Below, piece after piece: positions 41,076 to 53,699 of a stretch of DNA of 64,000 nt. Source of the DNA: the human T2T-CHM13v2.0 reference genome, Homo sapiens. The DNA lies in the NCBI RefSeq assembly GCF_009914755.1, contig NC_060944.1, one strand, 5' to 3'. A model generated the notes under the pieces. The model had not been told where the DNA came from. It was given only the letters and a program-made list of their open reading frames with translations, and did no database searches. The first letter of the stretch is position 1. Every line of letters begins with the position of its first letter. The position numbers and the translations under genes are program-made.

Positions 41076-43559
41076 TGCTCTTCAGGGCAGCACTCCGTTG
41101 CCTCCCAATACCCAGTAGCTGTGATTGTTAGATGATGATGATGATTATTAATAGAGTTATTGCTTTTGGGGCAACACTAGCAGTGCAGCAGCGAGCAGGC
41201 TAGCAGGGCCCAGGGCAGCTTGCTCGGCCACATCTGCCCTGGAGCTGCTGTCTGCTGTGCACCAGGAACCCGCCGAAGCCTGAGAGCTGTCAGCACAGAT
41301 TCCACCAGGGAGCCAGCAACGCCCCTCACTTCCTCAGGCCTCTCTGAAATCCAGCCAAGGAACAGGCGCTGAGCTCACAGTCAGATAGCTCCCGGAGCCT
41401 CCGGCCCTGGGCACGGTGCCCTAGCTGGTGGAGATGGAAACAGCAAGGCCCTTCTGACTCAAAGACTCCTCATTGCCCCTGACACCTCAGACTTAAAACC
41501 CACCATCACTGTCATTCAGCATCCACCCTGCCAGGCATGATGCAGGGAGAGAGGAGGGGATAAAAAAGGGAAGGGCCGTACAGAGCCAGGGCAGAGGGAG
41601 GAACAGAGCTGGAGAAAGCATTAAGGACCCACTTGTGAAAATCCTTTGGAGTGCTGAGGCTAAAAGCCCATCTGGGTGGGATCAAAGGGGAGCCCCCAAC
41701 ACAGCCCATGACTGGAGGATCAGCAACTTGCAGGCCTAGTTAGGCCTTGATTTCCCTTTTTCTCAGCTTTTGAGGAGAACTACAGTCACTGCCTGAGAAA
41801 ATGCAGCCTCAGGACACAGGATTCTAATTCAGTGCCTGCACAGCCTTCCAACCAGAGGCCTGCAAATGGTAGAGTCGTCCATCTGGATCATTCTGCAAAT
41901 TGTGAGGTCAAATTGCATTAATAAAAAAAAGCATTCCCCTTTTAATTCTCTTTCTCTTTCAGTTTCTCATCAGATTGGGATGAGATGCAGAAATGCATCA
42001 GATTGGGAAACACACCTAATCCTTTGCTAAGCTCCCTTTTAAACAACAAGCCCAATCTCTGGTAGGCAAGGGTGTCTTGGTAAAACCTAAATAGAATTGC
42101 CTAGTTTCCATTATACTCATTTTGACAGTGAATCCTTTAGAATAGGAAGTATTTCTTGTCTAAAGTTTCTGTTTAGATCCTATACATGAAGTTTTTAAAA
42201 GCAAAAGGAAATCACAGCTCAGCCCTTTGCAGATACTCTGAACATCTTGAGGAGAGGCAGGGACAACCGGAGGTAGGGAAACAGGGTCTCGGATGACAAG
42301 CCTCAGCTCTGGGAAAGTTCTGGAGGTGGCAGGACAGCCAGGCCAGAGTTGTCCGGTGGAGACTTGGCTCCTGAAGCCAGCGGGGCACCCCTGAGCAGCA
42401 GGCCTTTCTCAGAGCAAACATCAGTCTCTCTCCTCTTTGTCCTTAATGACCACAGCTGGGTAGGGGGGAGAGGCTTTAACTCCCAAGGAGGCTGTTTGTA
42501 TCCAGCCTGCGAGGAGAGGCCTAAATTGGCATTCCACATCATAATAAAAAAATTCCCAGCAATTATTAAAAGATTCTTATCTCTTGCTCCCTACATGGAT
42601 AATGAGTTCCTTCTCTGCTGGACTGAGACAGGCTGTCTCTGCTCTCACTTAATGAAACAGGACCAAGTTTGCAAATGAGCTTGCCCCGTCTCTCCCCTTA
42701 ACCTCTGCTTGTGGAGTTGTACATCAAACCTTCTGGCTTCTGTCTTTCCTTATTAACAGCCCGTAATCTTAGCAGGGCCCTTGCCTTGGCACTTCCTCTT
42801 TGCATGTACAGGTCTGGTTTTCACTGGGCATAATGACTGGGGGTTTGCCTTTGTCTTTCTGGGACTGAAGTTTTAGGGGATCCAGGTGCTTCTGGTTTCA
42901 TCAAATAAGAAGGCTAATGAACAATGAGAGAGGGGAAGAAAGAGAGGGAATGTGTGTGTGATTTAGCTGAAAAAAAACCACCAAAAAAACAAAAAAACAC
43001 TTCTGCTTTCTCTTTGGGAGACATTGGTGCTGGAACCTGTATTTAGCAATGGTTCTGTTTGAAATCCTCTACCCGCAGCTCTGAGTTCCAGGGATTCATT
43101 TCTTTCCCCAAATCCAGCCTACTTTGCGGGGTAGGATCAGGTCAGCTGAGTCATCTTAACAAAAGTCACTGCATTTTTCTTTTCTAAGTCCCCCCACCTT
43201 GGCCTTCCAGGGACTTTCCTTTATTTTGACACCATTTCAGCAAAAACCATTGAACAGGGATAACTCTTTTCCGTGGAGTATTTGACTGCTTTCCTCAAAG
43301 TCTCCTCTACTCCTAGGGAAGGAAGGAGACTGTGAACATGAGTTGGAGCAGGCAGTTTTATGGAATAGGTTGATCCGTCAGGCCTTTTGTGTGTGTAGGC
43401 TATCTGTCTCATAGCATGGGAACTGATGGACTCTGCTCCCAGGACATACTGGTGCTGTTATCTGGTGAAGTGCAGCTGATACTTTAGCTCTGAGATGAAT
43501 TTTACTTGGGATACGACCAGCCAACGTTTCAGGAGAGCTTCACTTACTCTTTCAGGTGC

Positions 43560-44200
43560 TGTTCTAGTTGTCTGTTGCTGTGTAATAAAGTGCTCCAGAA
43601 CCTAGCCATCTTATTGAACAACCATCTATTGTACCTCATGATTTTGTGAGTTAGGAATTCAAACAGGGTTCAGTTGGTCTGTTCTTCTGCTCCTTATGGC
43701 ACTGGCTGGGGTCTCTAGGTTTTATTCAGCTGGTGACTGGCTTTGTCTAAAGCTCCAAGATGGCTTTGGTCATGTGCCTGACACCTTGGGGAGGATGGGT
43801 TCTCTTTGAATGCTGTACTTAACTGGGTTGCTTTACATCTTTATATTCTCAGGGCCTCTCCAGTGATCTTCCAACAGCTATTAGACTTTGTTTTCTTTTG
43901 AGATAGGTTCTCACTCTGTCACTCAGGCAGTGGTTTGGTTGGGTGAGGGGTAGGATGGAAGTAGCATGATCATAGCTCACTGCAGTCTTGAACCTCTAGG
44001 TCAAGGTGTTGGACTTCTTAAATGATTGTTCAGGTATCCAAGAGTGTATGTTTCCAGAAATAGGAAGTGACAGCTGCTGGTCTCTTGCAGCTTGGGCCTC
44101 GAACCTAGAGTACATCACTTCTGCTGCATCCTGTTGGTTACAGCCACCATCAAGCCTGCCCAGACTTCAGGAGAAGGAACATACATTAGGAGTAAGAACT
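43560..44200 (-). mobile_element. MaLR LTR (MLT1G/H-like), interrupted
   Basis: tgttctagttgtctgttgctgtgtaataaa; ctcatgattttgtg; ctccaagatggct; catcacttctgctgcatcctgttggt. Confidence 0.7.
43888..44006 (-). mobile_element. Truncated AluJ right-arm fragment with internal insertion
   Basis: tttgagataggttctcactctgtcactcaggc...tgatcatagctcactgcagtcttgaacc; TSD-like tattagactt/tgttggactt. Confidence 0.8.
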
Positions 44201-45039
44201 TGGTTGGTTCTCAGTCTAATGCCTACGAAAAAAGGTACCAGCAACACAGAAGTTCCTTGAAGGATGCTAAAACTTTTCTCTTGATAACCATGACTGAAGA
44301 TTAATGCTTTAGGGATAGGCAGGGATGCTGAATGAGGCCAGCTTGCCAGTCTCTATATGACCTCAAGTTTAGAAAGTGACAGTGACAGAAGCATAATTTT
44401 GGATACCCATACATGTTAAGGGAAACTAAGATCCACAAGCCGATGAAGATGTGGTCTGGGCTTCATCTTTGCTGCCTGCCAGAGTAGCTCAGGGCAAAAA
44501 CCTTAAAATGATGCCAGCCTCTTTTGCCAATTGCCCCCCATAGATGGTCCCTTGCAGCCTGGGAAACAGGGAAACCAAGAGTCACGGATGTCATTTACAC
44601 CAGAAGAGTCAAGCCCTTGGAAGAGCAGCTGCCTTCCTTCCTTTGCTATACCAGGAGCTCCTGGGAGTTACAGGAAGCTCCAGTTACCACTGCCTCCATC
44701 AGACGGGATCCTTCTTCAGGAATGCAAGCTTTGACATTGCATCTCCAGTGGCAGTCTCTTCTGTACTCCCAGCACTTAGCATGTAGGCCCTGGAGGAATC
44801 CAGAAGCAGTGGCTCCTTCCTTCCTACCAAGGCAGGAATGTTAAGTCACCTCTTCATGACTATACCTCTGCCCCCCATTATTGTTATCTCTCTTTCCAGT
44901 CACAAGCACTCCTGAGAAATAAACTTCAGATACGATGTGCACTGACTCTCCTTCCATGTTTTTTTCCAGCTCAGCACCTGAAGTGCCCATTCCATTTAAT
45001 TATTCTCTGAGACACTGAAGATGGGAGGAGGCTATCTTT

Positions 45040-45212
45040 AGTGGATCCCAAATCTAGCTTTGCATAACAAATAACCTGTGAAACTTAAGATTAAAAAATA
45101 CAGGTTCCCGGAATCTCCTTAAAGAGATCCTGATTCAAGAGGATGTCAGGGATTCGTATGTCCCCAACTCCTCCCTGGTCATTTTGATGTGAGCCAGGCT
45201 TAGGAACCACTG
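45040..45212. mobile_element. MER5-like MITE
   Basis: tagtggatcccaaa...agagatcctgattc...ggtcattttgatg...aggaaccactg. Confidence 0.7.
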
Positions 45213-45679
45213 GCCTGTGTATTTTATTAACTCTGAGGGATGCAGGGCCCGCATTTCAAAGGATGGGGCCAATTAGCCCTCCCAGTTGGTAAGACCAGCT
45301 TGATTATTGAGGAGGCAAAGGCCTGGGGTGTGTTTTCTATAGTTAGGACCTGACCCATGACCTCAGCCAGCTGCCTTGCAAATGCCAGTGGTCACCAGGG
45401 CAACCCAGCCAGAGAGGGTTAATGATTCAGAGCAAATGCATCTTCACAATTAGTGTGGGAGGAGAGGGAAAAGAAACTCTCTAACTAAGAACAGGCCATG
45501 CTGAATCTGTCACCTCTGAACACCATCATCTTTTATTCTGAAAATATGTAGTAGACACTGATGCCTCCTTTGCACTTTGGATGAAGTTTAACACTGTCTG
45601 CCATCTCAACAATGTTACCTACCCACATCCCTTTCTTCCAAAGACATCTTTATTAAAACAAAGATGAAATAACGCACCC

Positions 45680-45920
45680 ATGTAAAACAGTGGTTAAGAC
45701 ATAAGTTCTGAATTTAAAGGCCTGGAATGAAATCTTGGCTCTGTTATTTGTGAGTGGTGTGTGTACAAGCAAGTTAATAAACCTTTCTATGCCTCAATTT
45801 TCTCATTCTGCAAAATTCTGATAAAATTGGTAACTTTTTCTTAGGATAAAAGATAAGGTAGTACTTGTAAAGTACTTAGCACAGTGTCTTCTGTATGGTA
45901 AGCACTCAAGAACTTATCAC
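45680..45920 (+). mobile_element. MIR SINE
   Basis: cagtggttaaga; ctttctatgcctcaattttctcat; gtaaagtacttagcacagtg; gtaagcactcaa. Confidence 0.8.
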
Positions 45921-45924
45921 CGCT

Positions 45925-47006
45925 TTTATTTTATTTTATTTTGATAAGGACATTTAACATAAGGTCTGCTCTTTTAGTAGATTTTTAAGTGTGCAATACA
46001 GTATTGTTATCTATAAGCACAATGCTATACAGTAGACCTCTGGAAATTATTCATCTTGCATAAGTGAAATTTTATTCCTGTTGATAAACAACTCCATATT
46101 TTCGTTCCTAAAGCCCTTGGTAATTCTACAGTCTGATTCTACGGGTTAGACTATCTTAGAGACTTCATATTAAGTGGAATTATGTAGTATTTTTCATTTG
46201 GTGACTGGCTTATTTCACTTATCATAATGGTCTTGAGGTTCATTCATGTTTTTCCATTTCTTCTTTTTAAATATCAAATAGGCCGAGCGTGGTGGCTCGT
46301 GCCTGTAATCCCAGCACTTTGGGAAGCTGAGGCGGGCAAATCACCTGAGGTCAGGAGTTCTAGACCAGCCCGGCCAACATGGTGAAACCCCGTCTCTACC
46401 AAAAATGCAAAAATTAGCCCACTGGTGGCGGGCACCTATAATCACAGTTGCTCAGGAGGCTGAGGCAGGAGAATCGCTTGAACTCAGGAGGCAGAGGTTG
46501 TGGTGAGCCGAGATCGTGCCACTGCACTCCAGCCTGGGCGACGAGAGCTAAAATTTGTCTGAAAAAAAATCAAATAATATTCCATTGTATGTACCTACCA
46601 CATTAAAAAAAATCCATTCACCTATAGATGGACATTTAGGTTGTTTCCTTATGTTGGCTACTGTGAATCATGCTGGAATGATCTTATTGAGATCATGATT
46701 TCAACACTTTGGGATACATACTCAGAAGTGGAATTGTTGGATTATGTAATTGTTCTATTTTTATTTTTTTGTGGAAACTTCAACTGTTCCATAGCCATTG
46801 GACAATTTTGTATTCCCATCAACAGTGCACAAGGATTCCAATTTCCCTACGTCCTTACCAATACTTATTATCTTTGGTTTTCTTGATAATAGTCATCCTA
46901 ACAGGTGTGATGTAATAGCTCATTGTGGTTTTGATTTGCATTTTCCTGTGTAGTTGAACATCTTTTCATATGCTTGTTGCCCACTTGTCTGTCTTTTTCG
47001 GGGAAA
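45925..47006 (-). mobile_element. L1MA (MA8/9-like) 3' segment, interrupted by an Alu
   Basis: caatacagtattgtta.ctataagcacaatg; ttattcatcttgcataa; cagaagtggaattg; ctcattgtggttttgatttgcatt. Confidence 0.85.
46281..46568 (+). mobile_element. AluS (Sx-like)
   Basis: Full dimer, tcacctgaggtcaggagttc; TSD atcaaata at 46273-46280 and 46569-46576. Confidence 0.97.
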
Positions 47007-47280
47007 TTGTAAACGTTCTAGAAGAAGACATACGGAAAAAGCTTCATGACATTGATCTTGGCAATGCTTTTAAGGTTATTATACCAAAACCACAGGCAAC
47101 AAAGGCAAAACAAACAAGTGGGATCACCTTAATCTAAAAAGCTCTGTACAACAAAAGAAACAACTAATAGAGTGAAAAGGTAACCTACAGAATGGGAGAA
47201 AATATTTGCAACCTATATATCTGATAAGGAGTAATTTAAGCAACAACAACAACAACAAACCCACCTCCAATTGGCCAAAG
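47003..47280 (+). mobile_element. Inverted L1 ORF2 segment of the same L1MA
   Basis: ctagaagaagacata.ggaaaaagcttcatgacattg; aacctacagaatgggagaaaatatttgcaa. Confidence 0.85.
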
Positions 47281-47299
47281 TATATTGGGGGCATCTGTG

Positions 47300-47950
47300 A
47301 TGCCTTCTTCCTTTCTTGTCTCTCTTCTCTCCAGCTCACACCCACCATTCAAATACTCTCTGATCCAGCCTATTCTTCTTACCATCCACAAAAATGACTG
47401 TCCAGACTTTGCCTTCACCACCTCTGACTTCATGACAAACATTGCTCCCAGCTTGTCTCCCTATCAACAATTTCTCCTCCTGTGATTATTCTCCAACTTG
47501 GTCCAGTGAGACCCTTTTAAGATATGAGTCACGATGACTCATTCTGCGTAAAGAACTTACTGATTTCCAATTTACCGAGTTTAAATCTTTTGCTTGGTGC
47601 ACAAAGCCCTTCATAACTTGCCCCAAACTTGCCCTCTAGCCCACTCCAATTTACTTTTCTGTGTATGGTATATACCAATCAGAATTCAGAACCAAACCAG
47701 AATTTACCAATCCAGTCAGAACAGCTGCATAGATGTCCCCATCTGTGGTTTCCTCTGTAATTTTTTTCTTTCGGCCAAGATATCGATTACCTTCTTTTCT
47801 TTATGGTAAGCCTCAAGTCATCCTTAAAGACCCAGTCACAATGTCAACAGTCCTTCTTTGATGTCCTTAGGTGGAGTCAGTCTCCTCTGTGTTCCCATAT
47901 CTTTTTCTCCCCCATCTCTATTTAAGAGTTTATCTCAAAGATATAGGGTA
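47300..47950 (+). mobile_element. L2 fragment(s)
   Basis: ccagtgagacccttttaa; cacaaagcccttcataacttg; tcatccttaaagacccag. Confidence 0.5.
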
Positions 47951-47964
47951 AGTATCTGATGTTT

Positions 47965-48155
47965 AGGCTAATGTCATGATGAAGAGGTCGGGCTCTAAGG
48001 TCACATAGTCTTAACCTAGCTATGCCTCAATTTCCTCCTCTAAAAAATGGAGATGATTAAGTGGCTGCTATCCACAGTTATTGTGAGAATTAAATGAAAT
48101 CATGCAAGAAGAATATGTAGCAGAGCATACCAGTGTTAAATTAATACCAGCTATT
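47965..48155 (+). mobile_element. MIR SINE
   Basis: ctatgcctcaatttcctcctctaaaaaatggagat; gttattgtgagaattaaatga. Confidence 0.75.
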
Positions 48156-48409
48156 TTTGTTTGCTTTTCTCTCTGTAGGTTACTCTTTCATGTGAGTTTC
48201 TGAAGGCAGAGCCCTTGTCTTTTGCATCTGTGCATGCTGATCTCCCAAGACCAGGCCTAGCACTTACTAGCTGCATGATGATGTTGGAAAAAAGAAAAAA
48301 AAAGCAAATAAGTGAATTCCAATCCTGAGTTAATTGTTAATAAATATACCACCTGACTATCCTACTACATGAAATGTGGGAGGAGTTCTAACCTCAAATA
48401 TGAAGGCCC

Positions 48410-48533
48410 TGCCTTCCTCTCCCTTATTTTTCATTTCTACTCTTTATTTCTTCTTCCTTCCTCCCTCCCTTCCCTTTCTTTCCTCCCATCTTCCTCTTCC
48501 TCTTTTCTAGCCTCTTTTCCTTCCTTTTCTTCT
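48410..48533 (+). repeat. CT-rich low-complexity tract
   Basis: Direct reading. Confidence 0.85.
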
Positions 48534-48687
48534 TAAGATACTAAGATAATAATTTATTAATTTACATTGGAGAAATATTCCTGTTGTATGAACAATAAAC
48601 ACTTTTATCTTAGGGATCAGCGATCATATTACCAATTTCTATCTACTGGGAGCCCAGAAAGTAATTAAAAATTACTTGACTTACTCG

Positions 48688-48949
48688 GTGAGGAACAGAA
48701 GTCTCCTCACAACAGCCACATAATTAAACTTGGAAAAGGATTCTCTCCCCCAGCCCCACTTCAAGGCATGAGAAGATGGTAGGTTCAATTGACATTTTAA
48801 CTGAGAGCTTATAAGAGCCAGAACCACCCAGCAAAGTTGCTCCTAGACTCCTAAAACTTTGAAACTGTATGAGATAATAAATCTTTGTTCCTAATGTTAA
48901 ACTGCTAAGTTTGTGGTAATTTGATACCGAGCAGTAGAAAGCAAATACA
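48688..48949 (+). mobile_element. MLT1 (E/F-like) LTR 3' half
   Basis: gagccagaaccacccagc.aag.tgctcc; gaaactgtatgagataataaa; ctgctaagtttgtggtaatttg; aaataca. Confidence 0.75.
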
Positions 48950-49099
48950 GTCCATATCAACAATGTGTTCTCTCTTTACAGACAAGGAGGAAAAAATGGA
49001 ACTTATAAATTGATCATAACAAATAAGTATTTAACATAAAATGCAAGTGGTAATGAATCAAGTGACAGCAAATATTTAAAAACCAAAGTGTTATTATTA

Positions 49100-50035
49100 A
49101 TATGGCTATAGTCATAAATGTTAGTTGTACAAATTCAAATAGTATACATACTATGAAGTATAATTTAAACTGTCTGTCTTCCATGCCCCAGTTCTATGTG
49201 GCAAAACCAGCAATATGAATTTCTCTAAGACTATGCCTGTATATATATAAGCAGGCATATAGTGATACCATATCTTGCCTCAGTGGTTCTCAAAGTGTGG
49301 TACTAGAATCAGCAGCATCAGCACTACCTGAAACTTGTTGGAAATACAAAGTTTTGGGTCTTGGCCATGACTTAAATCAAAATTTCTGAAGGAGGGCACA
49401 GCAATCTGTGTTTTAACAAAATATTCAGGTGATTCTGATGCATAATAAAGTCTTTGGACTCTACATATTACTCTGCAATCTGCTCCTTTCACTTTGCAGA
49501 CCTTGAATAACTTTTCATGTCATTGAATAGATGTCTGACACATTCTTTAAACTGCCATCTGGTCCTTTATCTTATGTACATACCACACTTCATTAAACAA
49601 TCTCACATTGATCTCTGTTTCCAAGTTTCTTTAGCGTCATAAACAAAATTAAAATAAAAAGCCTTGTATTATGATATATGTATATATCTAAATGTGCATG
49701 CACATACACATATACATATATAGCTACCACATATACAAAAAACTTTATAAAAAATTCTCTAGGAGAAATTCTTAGAAGTTATATTGTTGGGTCTAAGAGT
49801 AAGTACATTTTAAATTTGGGCAAATTTGATAAATTATCTTCAAAAATAGTACATCAGTGTTTATTAGTAGGTCTAATCTTGAAATCTGCTTCCATCTCAA
49901 GGATTATTAACATTTAAATGTCACTTTGATGGGCTAAAACCATTACTCCCTTTATACTGCATTTCTTTATTTATGAGTAACATTAAGCATTTTTCATAGT
50001 TTTATTGACTTTTTTCTCCTATGAACTCCCTTTTT
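49100..50035 (-). mobile_element. L1ME-type fragment
   Basis: cttttcatgtca; cataaacaa; cttagaagt..attgttgggtc; tgcatttctttattta. Confidence 0.5.
49281..49460. mobile_element. MER5A
   Basis: cagtggttctcaaagtgtggt...cagcagcatcagca...gcaatctgtgttttaacaa...caggtgattctgatgca. Confidence 0.9.
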
Positions 50036-50287
50036 CAGATAAGATCCTTTCCAAAATGAAGATTACAACAAAGAGCTTATTCTGACTAGTTTGGGAAGTC
50101 ATTACAAGGTTTGAGGAAAACTCACATTATGAGCATGCTGCCGATTGCCTTGAGTGTTTTCTTGTGATTTGTGAGTAGTGATTGATCATAATCAAAAAAT
50201 TAATCACCAGTCAGCCCTAGTGATTAAGTCACAGTCATATTTGCATATGTCTGAAAATTTGTGCAACCTATAGAGACGGAAATTTAG

Positions 50288-50810
<523 letters not shown>

Positions 50811-50978
50811 CTAGTTATACATGTCACCATTTTACCAATGGGTTATTTTGATTTCAAAGACCATGGTGAGAAAAATACGGACAGTTCAGGGCAAATCTAA
50901 CTCTACTGCTCAGGTAGAGCTCAGAGTGTACCGGCATAGAATAAGTCTGAAACACCAACATCATGAGCTGATTTAGAA

Positions 50979-51188
50979 TAAGGTCAGCAAACATTTTCTG
51001 TAAAGGGCCAGATAGTATTAATAAATATTTTTGGCTCTCTGGCCATACAGTCTCTGCTATAATTGCTTAACTTTGCAGTCATACCTCTAAAGCAGTCATT
51101 GACAACACAAAAATGAATGTGCCTTTATTTGCAAAAAAGCAGGCAGTGAGCCAAATTTGGCCCATGAACCATCGTTTACTGGTCCCTG
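50979..51188. mobile_element. MER58A
   Basis: ggtcagcaaacattttctgtaaagggccagatagt...gccaaatttggccc...ccctg; TSD atttagaa/gtttagat. Confidence 0.88.
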
Positions 51189-52118
51189 GTTTAGATAATT
51201 TTAGTGTTCATTACTAAATGACCAAGAGTTTGTAGATCATACCTACAGTCAAACATGAATTTTTCCTAGTATTCTTCCTTCCCCTACTTGTTCTCTTTGT
51301 TTATTTTTCCTTCTGTTTTACGTTCTCCCTCTTCTTTTCCTCTTCTTTTAAATAACTGGGTAATGTGAAGGGATGATTTCTTAACATCTCTGTATCTCAA
51401 TTTCTAAATCTATCAAATGTTAATAATAATAGAACAAAATAAAAGAGTTAGTGTGAAGAGTAAGTTAAACTAAAAAAAAAAAAAATTCTAGAAAATGCTT
51501 TGAGAGATATACACATCTGCCTATATGTGTGCCTAAGTGTGAAATCTCAAGATGGAGAAGAAATAAAAGCAAGAAATAATATTTCTGAAATGAAATATTT
51601 AGTTTTCACACATTGGAGCATTCTTTAATCCAAGTTCTCATCCATTATACAATGGCAACATGTTTTATATATTGTACAAGCTGTAAGCTGTGAAGTGGGT
51701 GCTTTTCTCCTTCTGGCATTCTCGTTCTGCCTGGTAGATGGAGAGCTCTCCATTCTTTTCACCTGGAGCCAGAGCATCTGCTATAGACCCACTGCTATTT
51801 ACTTGGTGGAGATAAACTGTGTATCATCTGTCTACCTAGAATGGATCTACGTTAATCTGAATCAAACTTGATTTTGCAACAATTTGAGCACTTTCTATTG
51901 GGTAGATGGACATTTCACCAGTCCACAAGTTCTAGCTGTATGTTGTTCCAACTATAGATTCTGAATTCTGTGCCATCTCCACTAGTTCTTGCTTAAGTCC
52001 TAATATGACAACATGGCATCCTGAAATATGAACAGGCAATCTGAAGGAAGTTGAAAAATACATGCTTATAATCACACAGCTCTGATGTCACTTTAAGTAG
52101 AGTCAGTATTACTTTTGT

Positions 52119-52581
52119 TGTTATGGGTTGAGTTTTCTCCTCTCAAAGTTTATACACTGGAGTTTTAAACTCTATGCCTCAGAATGTGCCCTTATTTGGA
52201 AATAGAGTCATGGCAGATATAACTAGTTAAGGTGAGGACATACTAGAGATGAATTGGCCCCTAATGCAATATGACTGATGTCCTTATTAAAAAAAGAGAA
52301 ATTTTGAGAAAGACAAATACACAGGGAGAACGCCATGTGAAAATGAAGGCAGAGATCAGAGTGATGCATCTGCAAGCCACAAAACACCAAGATTCCCAAC
52401 AAACCAGAAGGAAGGAAGAAGCATGAAGAAGAATCTTCCTCACAGTCTTCAAAAGGAACCAACCCTATTGATACCTTGATCTTGGACTCCCAGCTTCTAG
52501 AACTGTGAGACAGTCAGTTTCTGTTGTTTAGCCACCAATTCTTTTGTACTTTTTAAACAGTAGCCCTAGAAAACTAATGCA
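52119..52581 (+). mobile_element. MLT1C solo LTR
   Basis: tgttatgggttga...tagccctagaaaactaatgca; perfect 5-bp TSD tttgt at 52114-52118 and 52582-52586. Confidence 0.92.
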
Positions 52582-52604
52582 TTTGTAATTATACTCTTAA
52601 TAAT

Positions 52605-52860
52605 AGTAGTAATAATAAATCACAAAAAACTCTGTATTGAACAATAGTTATGCACCAGCCATGTGCTAGGTCTTTTTGTGCATTATTTTAATTTTTGTCC
52701 TCCCAAATGCCCCTATGAGATAGGTACCACTATTATCCGCATTGCATAGACAAGGAAACCCAGGTTTAAAGCTTAAAGGGTTTAAATATTATTTTCAGGG
52801 TCACACAGATGAGAAGAGGTGGAGCAAGGATTTGAACCAGGCCATCTTAATGCCAAATCT
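52605..52860 (-). mobile_element. MIR SINE
   Basis: ccctatgagataggtac; ggaaacccagg; ggtcacacag; ggatttgaaccagg. Confidence 0.8.
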
Positions 52861-53699
52861 TGTGGCCTGGTTTGCTTGGAGAATCTCAGGGAGAGAAAGT
52901 CCATTGGAGTTATTCCAAGGAGTATTCACTTCCCATCAGCCTCAGTAAATGAGAAGTAATAAGAGATATGGAAAGTGTGATGTTGACAATGCAGCAGTTA
53001 AGTGGGAGAGAGAAGTGCAAATGGACAGGTGGTTATTTGTGGTGCTGCTGATTCAGATCTCAGGCTCACAGGTCTGAGTCATTTATTTGTTTGTCCTCCA
53101 ATGTTCTGTGCTTGAAAGCAATCAAGGTACTGGCCCTGTACCAGCTTCCCTGAGTCTGAGGTCTCTCCCTGTAATCACTGGCCTGTTCTTCTGCACAACA
53201 GTTCTGGTCATGAATTCAATCATGACCACTCCTTTCTTCATTAGGCCCCTATGGAAGCCGCTGAAAATCACACCCAAAACCAGTTTTAAGGCTTGAGTCC
53301 ATCATGCTGAGAGCCAGCAGGTCAGGCCAGAACTAAGTTCAGGGGTTAACTGGAATCAGAAGTTCGGAACCTATTAAATTGTCCAATTAATTATGTGTGA
53401 CTCCTCCCTTTTCCTCTCCCTTTTTGTCTTCACACCTGAGCAATGGACAGTAAAAAAAAAAAAAGCGGGGGGCTTGCTGCACACAGATGTCCACCTTTAA
53501 CCTGAGAAGTCAGCAGCACTTATCTATCATTGTGGTCACCCTAGAAAACATAAATCCAGATTCTCGGTGGTCTGGGAAATGGTGCTTTGGAGAAGAGCGA
53601 GCTTGTGGCATAAACTCAGGGTCCTCCCCTAATCTTGAGGACTGCAAGCTTAGGTGTTATCTAGAGAAAGTGTCTAGAGGCAGATAATTGATGCTTTAC

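Noticed and set aside
43221-43412. Peptide YTHKRPDGSTYSIKL, faintly like RPSA
   Set aside because: The similarity is short and weak at the DNA level, with no poly(A) tail or TSD, so it is not a supportable pseudogene.
48155-48197. Acceptor, 13 nt, then GTGAGT (microexon-like)
   Set aside because: It lies at a MIR/L2 boundary, is frame-shifting, and such motifs arise often by chance.
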